From NCBI GenBank assembly GCA_963716255.1, contig OY970303.1, positions 1,696,001 through 1,760,000 of the forward strand: 64,000 nucleotides of DNA, read 5' to 3'. Source of the stretch: an uncultured Gemmatimonadales bacterium (GTDB lineage Bacteria > Gemmatimonadota > Gemmatimonadetes > Longimicrobiales > Longimicrobiaceae). The notes under the pieces are model-generated. The model searched no databases and was not told the DNA's origin. It was given only the letters and a program-made list of their open reading frames with translations. The translations under genes were made by a program, and so were the position numbers. Positions 39,550 to 50,328 of this stretch are shown here, one piece after another (position 1 is the stretch's first letter; every line of letters begins with the position of its first letter).

Positions 39550-41862
39550 TCAGGCGTTCTTCCAGGCGTCCCAGGCGTCGAGCGTCGACAGGTTGGCGTC
39601 TTCGGCGATGACGGCGGCGAGAGGCTCCAGCCATTCGGCGTGGTCGTGGGCTTCCCGCTTCGTCCGCTCGATGTTCAGCGAGAAGTCCCATCCCGGAGAC
39701 CTGTGGCCTGCCTCTAGAAGTTTCTTGAGTTCGCTCAACGCGGCAATCTGCTGGTCGGCGGGCCTGTGCGCGAGGGAATAGAAGAACAGCTCCACTTGGA
39801 GCGGTGCAAGGTCGCCACTCAACTCCACCTCCAGCGCGCGAGTCAAAAAGTCCAATCCTTCTTCATATCGACCTACCCCGAGGAGTAATCCGGAGAAGTT
39901 GCCGAGGTTGCACGCGTCCTCGGGATCCGCAGCGAGTGCACGCCGGTAGTGCTCCTCCGCTCCGTCGTAGTCCTTCCGGATGTCCTGAAGGAAGCTTGCG
40001 TAGTTGCCAAGGTTGTTCGCGTGCTCGGGATCCACAGCCAGTGCACGCCGGTAGTGCTCCTCCGCTCCGTCGTAGTCCTTCCGGATGTCCTGAAGGAAGC
40101 TTGCGTAGTTGCCAAGGTTGTTCGCGTGCTCGGGATCCGCAGCCAGTGCACGCCGGTAGTGCTCCTCCGCTCCATCGTAGTTCTTCCGGATGTCCTGAAG
40201 GAAGTTTGCGTAGTTGCCGAGGATGTTCGCGTCCTCGGGATCCGCAGCCAGTGCACGCCGGTAGTGCTCCTCCGCTCCGTCGTAGTCCTTCCGGATTTTC
40301 TTGAGGAAGTTTGCGTAGTTGCCGAGGTGGTTCGCGTGCTCAGGATCCGCAGCCAGTGCACGCCGGTAGTGCTCCTCCGCTCCGTCGTAGTTCTTCCGGA
40401 TATTCCGGAGGAAGCTTGCGTAGTTGCCGAGGTGGTTCGCTTGCTCGGGATCCGCAGCCAGTGCACGCCGGTAGTGCTCCTCCGCTCCGTCGTAGTCCTT
40501 CCGGATGTCCTGGAGGAAGTTTGCGTAGTTGCCGAGGTGGTTCGCGTGCTCGGGATCCGCAGCCAGTGCACGCCGGTAGTGCTCCTCTGCTCCGTCGTAG
40601 TCCTTCCGGATTTTCTTGAGGAAGTTTGCGTAGTTGCCGAGGAGGTTCGCGTGCTCGGGGTCCGCAGCCAGTGCACGCCGGTAGTGCTCCTCCGCGCCAT
40701 CGTAGTCCTTCCGAAACTTTTCGAGAAACAATGCAAAATTACCGAGCAATGGCGCCGAAGTGGGGAACTGCTCCAGGCCGCGCCGGTAAATCGCCTCCGC
40801 TTGGTCAGGATCATTCATTTCGAAGCGCGTTGCCTCCAAGGAAACGGCAAACCAAGACCGGAAGGATTGGTCCGTTCTCTTTAGGGCTTCCTTGAGTGCA
40901 GATGCGTCAGGCGCTGCATCAGGAAGTGCCGTGACCCGTGCCGACAAATCTTTGTATGTATTCGTATATCGCTCGAACACATCCTCGAATCTCTTGCGCT
41001 CCGGGTGCGGCAGGTCGAAGGCATCGCGAACCAACAGCATGAATTCGTCGAAGTCACCCTTCTCCACCCAGATGGCGTTCCGTCTCTCCAGCCAATCACC
41101 TAGCTGACACTTCGGCTCCTCCCCACTTACCCAGTACACACCCAGAGGAAGAGCCTCAGGTGGAAGGTTTTGGAGCATCCTCGCGATGCTCTGGTCGCTG
41201 CCCCCGTAGCCGATGAAGATCAGGCCCCGGTCGTTGAGCACGGGCCGGACCTGGCTTTCAATTCCCGCCTGGAGCCGCTGGGTCTCCTCCGACGTGTTCT
41301 GCGGGGTCAGACGGTTGTCGCCGTGGAGCTTGACTACCAGGGGGCGAGTCCGTGTGGGCCTGATGAACGACGCAAGCGACTCGTGATGGATGATGAGTGG
41401 GCGAGCTTTCGTGAACAGGTAGAGCGCGTCGGCCACCAGGTCGTCGAAATTGGTGGTGAGCACCACGTTGAAAGCCCCACCCTCCATCGCCATCAGCCTC
41501 GCCAGGGTCGCATACCCGAATCCGGGAAACTTCCCGTCGCAAAGGCGCTCGATCTCTCTTTGCCGCTCCTCTGGCAGGAAGAACAATCTCTCCATGACCG
41601 GCCCATAAGACGCGGCAGGGAACCTGGGATCATACTCAGGGAACTCGACTCGGGCCCATGCGTCGCCGTCGTCTCGGTGTGGAGCGACCAGGTCCTTCAG
41701 CCGGGGGAGCCAGTGGTCTCGAACCAGCCCGCCTGCCGCTGGGATATCGGACGAAACTGAGCACCCCGCGCCCAGGAAGAATGCGAACCGCTTGTCCGAC
41801 TCGCGGCTGGTGTCCCGGAGGCGACGCGCGAACTCGTCTGCGGAGATCTTGCGGAGCGGCAT
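39550..41862 (-). CDS. SIR2-like domain plus TPR-repeat protein
   Basis: [19 protein letters not shown] and FIGYGG motifs, followed by eight 35-aa TPR-like repeats. Confidence 0.88.
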   Translation of the reverse strand: MPLRKISADEFARRLRDTSRESDKRFAFFLGAGCSVSSDIPAAGGLVRDHWLPRLKDLVAPHRDDGDAWARVEFPEYDPRFPAASYGPVMERLFFLPEERQREIERLCDGKFPGFGYATLARLMAMEGGAFNVVLTTNFDDLVADALYLFTKARPLIIHHESLASFIRPTRTRPLVVKLHGDNRLTPQNTSEETQRLQAGIESQVRPVLNDRGLIFIGYGGSDQSIARMLQNLPPEALPLGVYWVSGEEPKCQLGDWLERRNAIWVEKGDFDEFMLLVRDAFDLPHPERKRFEDVFERYTNTYKDLSARVTALPDAAPDASALKEALKRTDQSFRSWFAVSLEATRFEMNDPDQAEAIYRRGLEQFPTSAPLLGNFALFLEKFRKDYDGAEEHYRRALAADPEHANLLGNYANFLKKIRKDYDGAEEHYRRALAADPEHANHLGNYANFLQDIRKDYDGAEEHYRRALAADPEQANHLGNYASFLRNIRKNYDGAEEHYRRALAADPEHANHLGNYANFLKKIRKDYDGAEEHYRRALAADPEDANILGNYANFLQDIRKNYDGAEEHYRRALAADPEHANNLGNYASFLQDIRKDYDGAEEHYRRALAVDPEHANNLGNYASFLQDIRKDYDGAEEHYRRALAADPEDACNLGNFSGLLLGVGRYEEGLDFLTRALEVELSGDLAPLQVELFFYSLAHRPADQQIAALSELKKLLEAGHRSPGWDFSLNIERTKREAHDHAEWLEPLAAVIAEDANLSTLDAWDAWKNA
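39897..40712 (-). repeat. Eight near-identical 105-bp coding tandem repeats
   Basis: Units start at 39897, 40002, 40107, 40212, 40317, 40422, 40527 and 40632. Confidence 0.95.
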
Positions 41863-42032
41863 GTTCTGATGGAAGCGGCGGGAGTCGGCAATGGCGCGCA
41901 CTGAATCTGAAGGCCTGTTCTCCCGTGAGCAACCGTTTCCGCCTACCGGTGTCCGGAGACAACCCCTGGCCCGCCCCTTGCCTCCCCGTCCCGGAGCAAA
42001 CGTCCGACGCAGGCACACCCACGAACCGCCCC

Positions 42033-43730
42033 GTGACCACCGCGACACAGAACACTCCCGAAGCCCTCCGGATCACCCTCCGGACCAGCTTCGGCCTGGA
42101 AGACTTCCGCCCCGGGCAGGAGCAGGTGATCCGCGCCGCCCTGGAGGGCCGCGACGCCATCGCCGTGATGCCCACGGGCGCCGGCAAGTCGCTGATCTAC
42201 CAGCTCCCCGCCCTGCACCTCCCCGGCCTCACGCTGGTCGTCTCGCCGCTCATCGCGCTGATGAAGGACCAGACCGACAAGCTGGAGGAGCTGGGCGTGG
42301 ACGCGCTCACCATCAACTCCGGCCTGACGCAGCGCCAGCAGACCGCCAACGAGCAGGCCGTGGAGCGCGGCGAGGGCAAGATCCTGTACGTGACGCCGGA
42401 GCGCTTCCGCGACCGCGACTTCTTCGAGGTGCTGCTGGAGCGCAGGGTGTCGCTGTTCGTGGTGGACGAGGCGCACTGCGTGTCGCAGTGGGGGCACGAC
42501 TTCCGCCCCGACTACATGATGCTGGGCGCCATCGCCGACCGGCTGGGGCGCCCGCCCGTGCTGGCGCTCACCGCCACCGCGTCGCCCGAGGTGCGCGACG
42601 ACATCGCCCACCAGCTACGCATGCGCGACCCGTTCGTGCTGGTGGCCGACCTGGTGCGCCCCAACCTGTTCTTCGAGGTGCTCCCCACCGTCAACGAGTC
42701 CGAAAAGGACGCGGCGCTGGAGCGCATCCTCCGCAGGACCGAGGGAACCGGGATCGTGTACGTGGCCACCGTCAAGGAGGCCGAGCGCATCCACGAGCAG
42801 TTCGGCGGGCGGCACGCGCTGGCGCTGTACCACGGCAAGCTCCCCGCAAAGGAGCGGCACGAAGCGCAGGAACAGTTCATGGCGGGCGAGGTCAAGGCCG
42901 TGGTCGCCACCAACGCCTTCGGGCTGGGGATCGACAAGCCGGACATCCGCTTCATCGTGCACTTCCATTTCCCCGGCTCGCTGGAAGCGTACTACCAGGA
43001 GGCCGGGCGTGCCGGGCGCGACGGCGAGACCTCCCGCTGCTCGATCCTGTACCGGGTGGAGGACCAGGCGGTGCAGGGCTACTTCCTGGGGGGAAAGTAC
43101 CCGGACATCATCGAGGCCGCGCAGGTGGCGCGCGTGGTCAACGCCATGCCGCTGGAGGAGCGGCGCGCCCTGGACGAGATCGCCGAGATCGCGGACGTGC
43201 CCCGTCGCAAGGCGCGCATCGTCCTCACCCTGCTCAAGCGGCACGGGATGATGCGCGAGCACCGCGGCGGCGCCTGGGAGCGCCTGGCCAAGGACGTCAC
43301 CACCGCCGACCTGAGCCGCGAGCTGATCGACTACGAGGAGCGCCGCAAGCGCGACCGCGAGAAGCTGGAGGTGATGATCCGCTACTGCCGCACCGCCCGC
43401 TGCCGCACCCGGATGATCCTGGAGTACTTCGGCGAGGAGCACCCGGACGACTTCCGCTGCGGCCACTGCGACAACGACGCCGGCGGATCGCCGCGTCCGG
43501 AGGCGGCGCGGGACGAGGCCAGGGCCGAGGCGCCGGTGACCGCCGACGCGACCTCGCAGAACGGCGGGGCAATGGAAGACGTGCCGCACGCGCTGTGGGC
43601 GGGAGAGGAGGTGCGCCACGACACCTTCGGGGAGGGAGTGGTTCTGCAGGTGTCCGCCGACCGGGCGGAGGTGGACTTCGCCGGGCACGGGACGCGGACT
43701 GTGAAGCTGGAGTTCCTGGAGCGGATGTGA
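42033..43730 (+). CDS. RecQ family ATP-dependent DNA helicase
   Basis: [41 protein letters not shown] and Zn-binding CR...CGHCD motifs. Start is approximate. Confidence 0.93.
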   Translation: MTTATQNTPEALRITLRTSFGLEDFRPGQEQVIRAALEGRDAIAVMPTGAGKSLIYQLPALHLPGLTLVVSPLIALMKDQTDKLEELGVDALTINSGLTQRQQTANEQAVERGEGKILYVTPERFRDRDFFEVLLERRVSLFVVDEAHCVSQWGHDFRPDYMMLGAIADRLGRPPVLALTATASPEVRDDIAHQLRMRDPFVLVADLVRPNLFFEVLPTVNESEKDAALERILRRTEGTGIVYVATVKEAERIHEQFGGRHALALYHGKLPAKERHEAQEQFMAGEVKAVVATNAFGLGIDKPDIRFIVHFHFPGSLEAYYQEAGRAGRDGETSRCSILYRVEDQAVQGYFLGGKYPDIIEAAQVARVVNAMPLEERRALDEIAEIADVPRRKARIVLTLLKRHGMMREHRGGAWERLAKDVTTADLSRELIDYEERRKRDREKLEVMIRYCRTARCRTRMILEYFGEEHPDDFRCGHCDNDAGGSPRPEAARDEARAEAPVTADATSQNGGAMEDVPHALWAGEEVRHDTFGEGVVLQVSADRAEVDFAGHGTRTVKLEFLERM

Positions 43731-43752
43731 GCTTGAAGGCTTTTTACGGCGA

Positions 43753-43886
43753 GGTTGGGCGTGCCCCCGGCTGGCGCCGGGGTCGGGCTTCGGCTCCGTA
43801 GGGCTGCAAACAACGCAGCCCAACGGAGTCGAGCCCCGCGAAACTGCCCGCGGGTCTCGCCCCTTCGGGCCGTAATCCCTCACGCG
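43753..43886. repeat. Module A (forward)
   Basis: Matches the other copies. Confidence 0.9.
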
Positions 43887-44043
43887 ACGGCATCAGCCAC
43901 GGGCCGGACCGGTTTCGGTCCGGCCCGCGTCGTTCCAACCAAGTGGACGGTCGCCCCATCCAAGCTGCACAGCCGGGCCGCCCGCCGCTCCGCGCGGGCT
44001 CGCTCTCTTCCACCGACCGTCCCACCCGCACCCGCGTACCTCC

Positions 44044-46758
44044 ATGCTCCCCTGGCGGACCTCCACCGCATCCGTCCTCGTCGTGCTCGGGCTCTCCGCG
44101 CCCGCGGCCGCGCAGCAGGGCCCGCACTCCACCGGCACCGTCCCGCGGGTCCAGGCGGTGGAGCGCACCGTCCCGGTCGTGGTCGACGGCCGGCTGGACG
44201 AGGCGGTGTGGCGGACCGCCGCGCCCGCGACCGGCTTCGTGCAGCAGGACCCCAGCGAGGGTCAGCCCGCTACGCAGCGCACCGAGGTCCGCCTGGCGTA
44301 CGACGGCGACGCGCTCTACGTGGCGGCGCGGATGTTCGACTCGCTGGGCGCGGCCGGCGTGCGCAACCGCCTGTTCCGCCGCGACCAGGTGTCCAGCGGC
44401 GACTACGTGCAGCTCACCTTCGACACCTACCACGACCACACCGGCGTCACCGCCATCCTGGTCAACCCGTCGGGGGTCAAGAACGACGCCGGGCAGGCGT
44501 CCGCGTACGCCGACCCCTCGTGGGACCCGGTCTACACCGTGGCCGCGCGCACCGACTCCCTGGGGTGGACCGCCGAGCTCCGCATCCCCTTCAGCCAGCT
44601 GCGCTTTCCGCGCGACAGCGTGCAGACGTGGGGAATGCAGGTCACCCGCTTCGTGGAGCGCCTCAACGAGACCTCCACGTGGAGCTTCTGGAAGAAGAGC
44701 GAGAGCGGCGGCCCCGCGCGCTACGGGCACCTGGAAGGGGTGCGCGCACCGCGCAGCCGGGGGCGCATGGAGCTGCTGCCGTACGCGCTCAGCCGCGCCA
44801 GCTACGTGCAGCCCTCGCAGCCCGGCAGCCCGTTCCAGAGCGAGAGCGAGTACAGCACGCGGGTGGGGGCCGACCTCAAGTACCAGCTCAGCTCCACGCT
44901 GACGCTCGACGCCACCGTCAACCCGGACTTCGGCCAGGTGGAGGTGGACCCGGCCGTGGTGAACCTGTCCGCGTACGAGACCTTCTACGCCGAGCGACGA
45001 CCCTTCTTCGTGGAGGGGAGCGGGCTGTTCGGCTTCGGCAACTTCTCCTGCTTCAACTGCTCCAACGTGTCGTCCATGTCGCTCTTCTACTCGCGGCGCA
45101 TCGGGCGCGCGCCGCAGGGCGGAGTGACGCTGGGCGGCGCGGAGTACGTGCACACCCCCGAGAGCAGCACCATCCTGGGCGCGGCAAAGGTCACCGGGCG
45201 CACGCGGAGCGGCCTGCAGGTGGGGCTGATGGACGCCGTCACACGGTCGGAGCGCGCGCTCGTGCAGGACACCCTGGGCGGCCGACTCTCGGAGGAGGTG
45301 GAGCCCGCCAGCAACTACTTCGTGGGGCGGGTGCGGCAGAACCTGCGCGGCGGCAACCTGTCGCTGGGCGCCATCGCGACCTCGGTGGTCCGGCGGTTCG
45401 ACTCCGACGCGCTGGAGCGGCGGCTCCCCGGCCACGCGGAAGCCGCGGGGGTAGACTGGGAGGCGTGGTGGGGCGACCGCACCTACCGCCTGATGGGCAA
45501 CCTCGCCGTGTCCAGCGCGGCGGGCGACTCGAGCGCCGTGCTGCGGCTGCAGCGCTCGTCCGCCCGCTACTTCCAGCGGCCGGACCGGCAGGCCGGCGGC
45601 AACGGGGTGTTCTCGGACCTGATGGACCCCTCGGCCACGGCGCTGCGCGGCCACGGGGGCTACCTGCGGCTGGCCAGGGACGCGGGCGAGTGGCAGTGGG
45701 AAGGGCAGGTCAACTACCGCAGCCCCGGGTTCGAGGTGAACGACGCCGCCTTCCTGAACCGCGCCGACTACGTGTGGACCCTGGCCAACGTGATGCGCCG
45801 CTGGAACACGCCCACGCGGACGTACCGCTGGTGGCAGGCCATCCTGGGCGGCCAGCAGGAGCACAACTTCGACGGCGACCGCACCGCCGCCCAGCTGCAC
45901 TTCTTCACGGGCGGGCAGCTGTCCAACTACTGGAACGTGGCGTTCTACACGGAGCTGAAGCCCGAGGTGAACGACGACCGCCTGACGCGCGGCGGGCCGG
46001 TGGTGCGCCAGCCGGGCGAGCACCTGCTGCACGCCCGCATGAGCACCGACCCGCGCGACAAGCTGCTGTACTCGCTCAGCGGCGACTACGTGCCCGACAC
46101 GGACGGGGGGAGCTACACCGGCGTCAACGCGAGCGTCCGCTACCGGCCCGGGCCCAACGTCACGCTCACGCTCGGGCCGTCGTACAGCTTCACGCGCAAC
46201 ACCCAGCAGTTCGTGCTGCGGCGCGACGACGCCACCGCCACCCACTTCAGCGGGCAGCGGACGGTGGTCGGCGACCTGGCGCAGCACCAGCTTTCCATGA
46301 ACACGCGGCTGAACTGGACGTTCACGCCCACGCTCTCGCTGGAGCTCTTCGCGCAGCCGTTCTTGTTCGCCGGCGACTACTCGCGCTTCAGCGAGTTCAC
46401 CGGGCCCCGGACGCTCCGGAAGATGCAGTACGGCGAGGACTTCGGCAGCCTCTGCCACGACGAGGAATCCAACCGCTACACGGCCGACCCCAATGGCGAC
46501 TGCGCCTCGCCGGCCGCGCGCTCGGCCCAGGCGTTCTCGTTCGACAACCCCGACCTGAACGTGCGCTCGCTGCGTGGCAACGCGGTTCTCCGCTGGGAGT
46601 ACCGCCCCGGCTCCACGCTCTTTCTGGTGTGGCAGCAGCAGCGCGCCGGCGGGGAACCGTTCGGCGACTTCGACCTGGGGCGCGACGCGGGCGGCATCTT
46701 CCGGCAGCGCGCGGACAACGTGTTCGTCATCAAGGCGAGCTACTGGATCGGGCGGTAA
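44044..46758 (+). CDS. CBM9-like/DUF5916 outer-membrane protein
   Basis: Signal peptide, VDGRLDEAVW, WTAELRIPFSQLRF, NPDFGQVEVD, ERRPFFVEG and LRWEYRPGSTLFLVW motifs. Confidence 0.8.
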   Translation: MLPWRTSTASVLVVLGLSAPAAAQQGPHSTGTVPRVQAVERTVPVVVDGRLDEAVWRTAAPATGFVQQDPSEGQPATQRTEVRLAYDGDALYVAARMFDSLGAAGVRNRLFRRDQVSSGDYVQLTFDTYHDHTGVTAILVNPSGVKNDAGQASAYADPSWDPVYTVAARTDSLGWTAELRIPFSQLRFPRDSVQTWGMQVTRFVERLNETSTWSFWKKSESGGPARYGHLEGVRAPRSRGRMELLPYALSRASYVQPSQPGSPFQSESEYSTRVGADLKYQLSSTLTLDATVNPDFGQVEVDPAVVNLSAYETFYAERRPFFVEGSGLFGFGNFSCFNCSNVSSMSLFYSRRIGRAPQGGVTLGGAEYVHTPESSTILGAAKVTGRTRSGLQVGLMDAVTRSERALVQDTLGGRLSEEVEPASNYFVGRVRQNLRGGNLSLGAIATSVVRRFDSDALERRLPGHAEAAGVDWEAWWGDRTYRLMGNLAVSSAAGDSSAVLRLQRSSARYFQRPDRQAGGNGVFSDLMDPSATALRGHGGYLRLARDAGEWQWEGQVNYRSPGFEVNDAAFLNRADYVWTLANVMRRWNTPTRTYRWWQAILGGQQEHNFDGDRTAAQLHFFTGGQLSNYWNVAFYTELKPEVNDDRLTRGGPVVRQPGEHLLHARMSTDPRDKLLYSLSGDYVPDTDGGSYTGVNASVRYRPGPNVTLTLGPSYSFTRNTQQFVLRRDDATATHFSGQRTVVGDLAQHQLSMNTRLNWTFTPTLSLELFAQPFLFAGDYSRFSEFTGPRTLRKMQYGEDFGSLCHDEESNRYTADPNGDCASPAARSAQAFSFDNPDLNVRSLRGNAVLRWEYRPGSTLFLVWQQQRAGGEPFGDFDLGRDAGGIFRQRADNVFVIKASYWIGR

Positions 46759-46772
46759 TCCTCTAAACAGAA

Positions 46773-47211
46773 GGGTTCGGGCGTGCCCCCGGCTGGCGCC
46801 GGGGTCGGGCTTCGGCTCCGTAAGCCCGCAAACAACGCGGGCTAACGGAGTCGAGCCCCGGCGGAAACAGCCCCGCCGGGTCTGAGCAGCCGGGATGATG
46901 CTTGACACTTTGGACCGGGAGGATGCTTGACACTCCCTCCCGTTCCTACCAAGGACTTACGCTGTTTCTGACCAGAGAGCAGTGAGGGATCCCCTCAGTG
47001 CTACCCTCTCCTACGGCAGGGGGCAACACCGAGCAGCAGTGAGGGTTACCCTACCTAAGCATTCAGCAAAGCGCTTGGGATTCGATCCATTGCCTAGTCG
47101 CTGCGCCGAAGTCTCTCTCATCAGGGAGTGTCAAGCATCCTCCCGGTCTATTCTGTCAACCATCAACCCGGTCCATACCGTCTCGCCCCTCCGGGCCGAA
47201 ATCCCTCACGC
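46773..47211. repeat. Module A (forward) split by a 296-bp insertion
   Basis: 46773-46883 and 47180-47211 rejoin into a full copy. Confidence 0.88.
46884..47179. mobile_element. Non-coding MITE-like element or internally deleted IS
   Basis: Perfect 26-bp IR (46913-46938 / 47123-47148) within longer imperfect IRs. GTCT is duplicated at both junctions. Lower GC. Confidence 0.75.
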
Positions 47212-47240
47212 AGACCCCGCGCTTTCGCGTCCGCCCGTCG

Positions 47241-48926
47241 TCAGCGCGGGCGGCGCAGCGCCCGCCCGGGCCGCGCCCCGGTCACCGCCCCGTCCCTCAC
47301 CACCGGCGCGCCGTTGACCAGCACGTGGCGGATGCCCACGGGAGTCTGCACCGGGTCCTCGAAGGTGCCGCGGTCGCAGACGGTGGCGGGGTCGAAGAGC
47401 GTCAGGTCGGCGTACATCCCCTCCTTGACCACGCCGCGGTCGTCCAGCCCCACGCGGGCGGCGGGGAGCGCGGTGAACTTGCGGACCGCGTCCTCCAGCG
47501 GGATGACGCGGCGCTCGCGCACGTAGCGGCAGAGGATGCGGGGAAAGGAGCCGTAGGCGCGCGGGTGCGGCTTGCCGGTGATGGTGGAGTCGGCGGCGCG
47601 CGCCCCGGCGTCGATCCCCACGCTCACCCACGGCTGCTTCATGGCGTACTCGATGTCCTCCTCGGACATGGAGAAGTAGATGGCGGACGTGGACGCGCGG
47701 TCGGCGAGGAGCACGTCGAAGAGCGCGTCCACCACCTCCTGCCCGCGGGCGCGGGCCACCTCGTCCAGCCGCATCCCCTGGTACCTGCGCAGCGAGTCGG
47801 TGCCCACGCCGGCGATCATCACCCCGTGCGGCCCCCCGGCGGAGGTGCCGATGCGCCAGTCGGAGCCGCCGCCGCCATCGCCCGTCAGCTCGGCGCGCAG
47901 CCGGGCGCGGGTGGCGGGGTCGCGCATGCGCGCAAGCAGCGAGTCGGTGCCGCCGGCGTGGGCCCAGTTGGGGATGATGGCGTCCAGCCCGGTGCCGGAG
48001 GCGGCGTACGGGTACTGGTCGGCGGTGACGTCCACGCCGCGGGAGCGCGCCGCCTCGATGGCGGCGACCGCCTGCGGCATCTTCCCCCAGTTGGCGCGGC
48101 CGGACGCCTTGAGGTGGTGCACCTGCACCCAGGTGCCCGCCCCCTCGCCGATGGCGATGGCCTCCTCCACGGCCTCCACCAGGCGGTCGCCCTCGTTGCG
48201 GATGTGCGAGGCGTACCCCCCGCCGTAGCGCGCCGCGACGCGGGCCAGCTCCGTGACCTCCTCGCGCGAGGCAAAGGACGCCGGGGCGTAGATGAGCCCG
48301 CTGGAAAGGCCCATGGCGCCCTGCCGCATGGCCTCGGCGACGTGCGCCTTCATCCGCTCCAGCTCCTCCGGCGTGGGCGCGCGGTCCGTGTCGCCCATGA
48401 CCGCGCGCCGCACCGAGCCCACGGTGACGAAGGTGCCCAGGTTGATGGCGGGGCGCGCCGCCTCCAGCGCGCGGAAGTAGCCGTCCAGGTCGCGCCAGGC
48501 GACCCGCTCGCGCCCGCCGCCCAGCTCGCGCAGGGTGTTCTCGTTGACGGGGACGACGCTGGTGACCTCGCCGGTGATCTCGGACGTGATCCCCTGGGTG
48601 ATCTTGGAGACCGCCCGCCCGTCGCGCAGCAGCGGGTACTCGGAGTGCCCCAGCATGTCGATGAACCCCGGCGCCACCACCAGCCCGGTGGCGTCGATGG
48701 TGTCGCGCGCCCGCGCCCCCGGGAGCAGCCCCACCGCCGCGATGCGGTCGCCGCGGATCGCCACGTCGCCGCGGTACCACGGGCTCCCCGTGCCGTCCAC
48801 GATGCGCCCCCCGCGGATCAGCAGGTCGTAGGGCCGCGCCCCGCCGGTCCCCGCACCCGGGTTTGCGGCGCACGCCGCGAGAGCGGCCAGGGACACCACG
48901 GCGGCTGCGGAGCGGAGCGTGTGCAT
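47241..48926 (-). CDS. N-acyl-D-amino acid deacylase family lipoprotein
   Basis: Lipobox LAAC, IVDGTG, VAPGFID, GLSSGLIY, ASHIRNE, DQYPY and HPRAYGSFPR motifs. Confidence 0.88.
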   Translation of the reverse strand: MHTLRSAAAVVSLAALAACAANPGAGTGGARPYDLLIRGGRIVDGTGSPWYRGDVAIRGDRIAAVGLLPGARARDTIDATGLVVAPGFIDMLGHSEYPLLRDGRAVSKITQGITSEITGEVTSVVPVNENTLRELGGGRERVAWRDLDGYFRALEAARPAINLGTFVTVGSVRRAVMGDTDRAPTPEELERMKAHVAEAMRQGAMGLSSGLIYAPASFASREEVTELARVAARYGGGYASHIRNEGDRLVEAVEEAIAIGEGAGTWVQVHHLKASGRANWGKMPQAVAAIEAARSRGVDVTADQYPYAASGTGLDAIIPNWAHAGGTDSLLARMRDPATRARLRAELTGDGGGGSDWRIGTSAGGPHGVMIAGVGTDSLRRYQGMRLDEVARARGQEVVDALFDVLLADRASTSAIYFSMSEEDIEYAMKQPWVSVGIDAGARAADSTITGKPHPRAYGSFPRILCRYVRERRVIPLEDAVRKFTALPAARVGLDDRGVVKEGMYADLTLFDPATVCDRGTFEDPVQTPVGIRHVLVNGAPVVRDGAVTGARPGRALRRPR

Positions 48927-48985
48927 GGCGGGTTCGAGAGTCATGCCGGATGCGGTGTGATGGAGGTGAAGGGGGTGAAGGGCCG

Positions 48986-49373
48986 GGTTCGGGCGTGCCC
49001 CCGGCTGCGCCGGGGTCGGGCTGCGGCTCCGTAACGCACGAAACAACCGTGCGTAACGGAGGCGAGCCCCGGCGGAAACAGCCCCGCCGGGTCTCGCCGC
49101 TTCGCGCTCGCATCCCTCACGCGAACATCGCGCTGGCGTCCGCGGGAGGCCCCCACCCGGCTCGCTCGAGGCTCGCCACCCTCCCCCGTTCCGGGGGAGG
49201 GGGTCGCCGTCGCAGTTCCCGCAGTATCCCTCAAAAGATGTCGCGGAGGGAAACTCGCGCGGCGGTTTGCGCGAGGTTCCCGGAGCCGGAGCGGAGACAG
49301 CGGGCAGTTTCCGCTGGCTCCGCGACCCGCGCAGGAGACGGACGGCTGTATCGTCCGGCTCCGGAGCGGCCCC
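48986..49373. repeat. Composite repeat (A forward subtype 2, B-like, F with swapped hairpins)
   Basis: Matches the other copies. Confidence 0.88.
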
Positions 49374-49406
49374 AACGCAAGATCCAGCCGGAGACGGACC
49401 CCTTCT

Positions 49407-50327
49407 TCAGCCGGATGCGAGAGATGCACGCGCGAACCGCAGCGCCCCCGCGACCGCATCGGCGACGGGAGGCACCACGCGGAACACCGGGTCGGCGGCG
49501 GCGAGCGCCCGCTCCACCCGCCCCGAGTACAGCGCCGTGCCCAGCACGCCCCCGTGGAACACCACCGGCACCACGCCCGGCCACGGGTCCAGGTGGCAGC
49601 GCAGCGCCACCGCGTGCTCGGCGAGCGCGCGCGCCTCCGCCTCCACCAGCCGGAGCGCCACCGCGTCCCCCGCCTCCGCCGCGCGGATCACGGGCGCCGC
49701 GAGCGCCGCGATCTCGGCCTTGGCGGCGCGCCCCGCCCACGGCGGGATCCCCGGGGCGCCCTCCACGCCCAGCAGCTCCAGGAACAGCGGGAGCAGCCGC
49801 GTCTGCTCGCCGCGCCCGTCGATGGCGCGGAGCGCCGCCACCAGCCCCGCCCGCCCGATGGCGAAGCCGCTCCCCTCGTCCCCCACCACCATCCCCCACC
49901 CGCCGCAGCGCTCCACCCGCCCGTCCGGCCCCCGCCCGTACGCCACGGAGCCGGTGCCGGCGATGAGCAGGATCCCCGCCTCGCCGCCGAGCGACCCTTC
50001 CAGCGCCGTCTCGCCGTCGGTGACCACCTCCACCCGCGCGGCCACCCCGGCGGCCAGCAGCGAAGCGCGCACCGCCTCGCGCTCGGCCCGGTTCCCCACC
50101 CCGGCCAGCCCGGCGCAGAGCACGGCCGGCGTGCCGGCGAGCCCGGCGGCGGCGACGGCCTCGCGCACCACGGCGGCGACCACCTCCGCCGCGGCGGTGG
50201 GGTGGCGCGGGTCCACCAGCCCGGCGGGCCCGGTGTGGCGGACCAGCTCGCGTCCGCTCTCGTCGGCGAGGGCGACGAGGGTCTTGGTGCCCCCCCCGTC
50301 CACCCCGGCCAGGATGCGCTTCGCCAA
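49407..50327 (-). CDS. BadF/BadG/BcrA/BcrD ATPase family amino-sugar kinase (GlcNAc/MurNAc kinase-like)
   Basis: GVDGGGTKT, IAGTGS and GGWG...GDEGSG motifs. TTG start lies 1 nt after the nagB stop. Confidence 0.85.
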   Translation of the reverse strand: MAKRILAGVDGGGTKTLVALADESGRELVRHTGPAGLVDPRHPTAAAEVVAAVVREAVAAAGLAGTPAVLCAGLAGVGNRAEREAVRASLLAAGVAARVEVVTDGETALEGSLGGEAGILLIAGTGSVAYGRGPDGRVERCGGWGMVVGDEGSGFAIGRAGLVAALRAIDGRGEQTRLLPLFLELLGVEGAPGIPPWAGRAAKAEIAALAAPVIRAAEAGDAVALRLVEAEARALAEHAVALRCHLDPWPGVVPVVFHGGVLGTALYSGRVERALAAADPVFRVVPPVADAVAGALRFARASLASG

Positions 50328-50328
50328 C

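Noticed and set aside
39897..40712. CRISPR array
   Set aside because: The 105-bp units are contiguous and in-frame coding, with no unique spacers and no cas genes.
39897..40712. DGR template/variable repeat (adenine-biased variation)
   Set aside because: C/T synonymous differences also occur, all copies are coding, and there is no reverse transcriptase or Avd in the window. A remote DGR cannot be fully excluded.
46982..47317. 111-aa ORF across the MITE-like element
   Set aside because: It runs through the IR and repeat into an antisense gene and has no recognisable domain.
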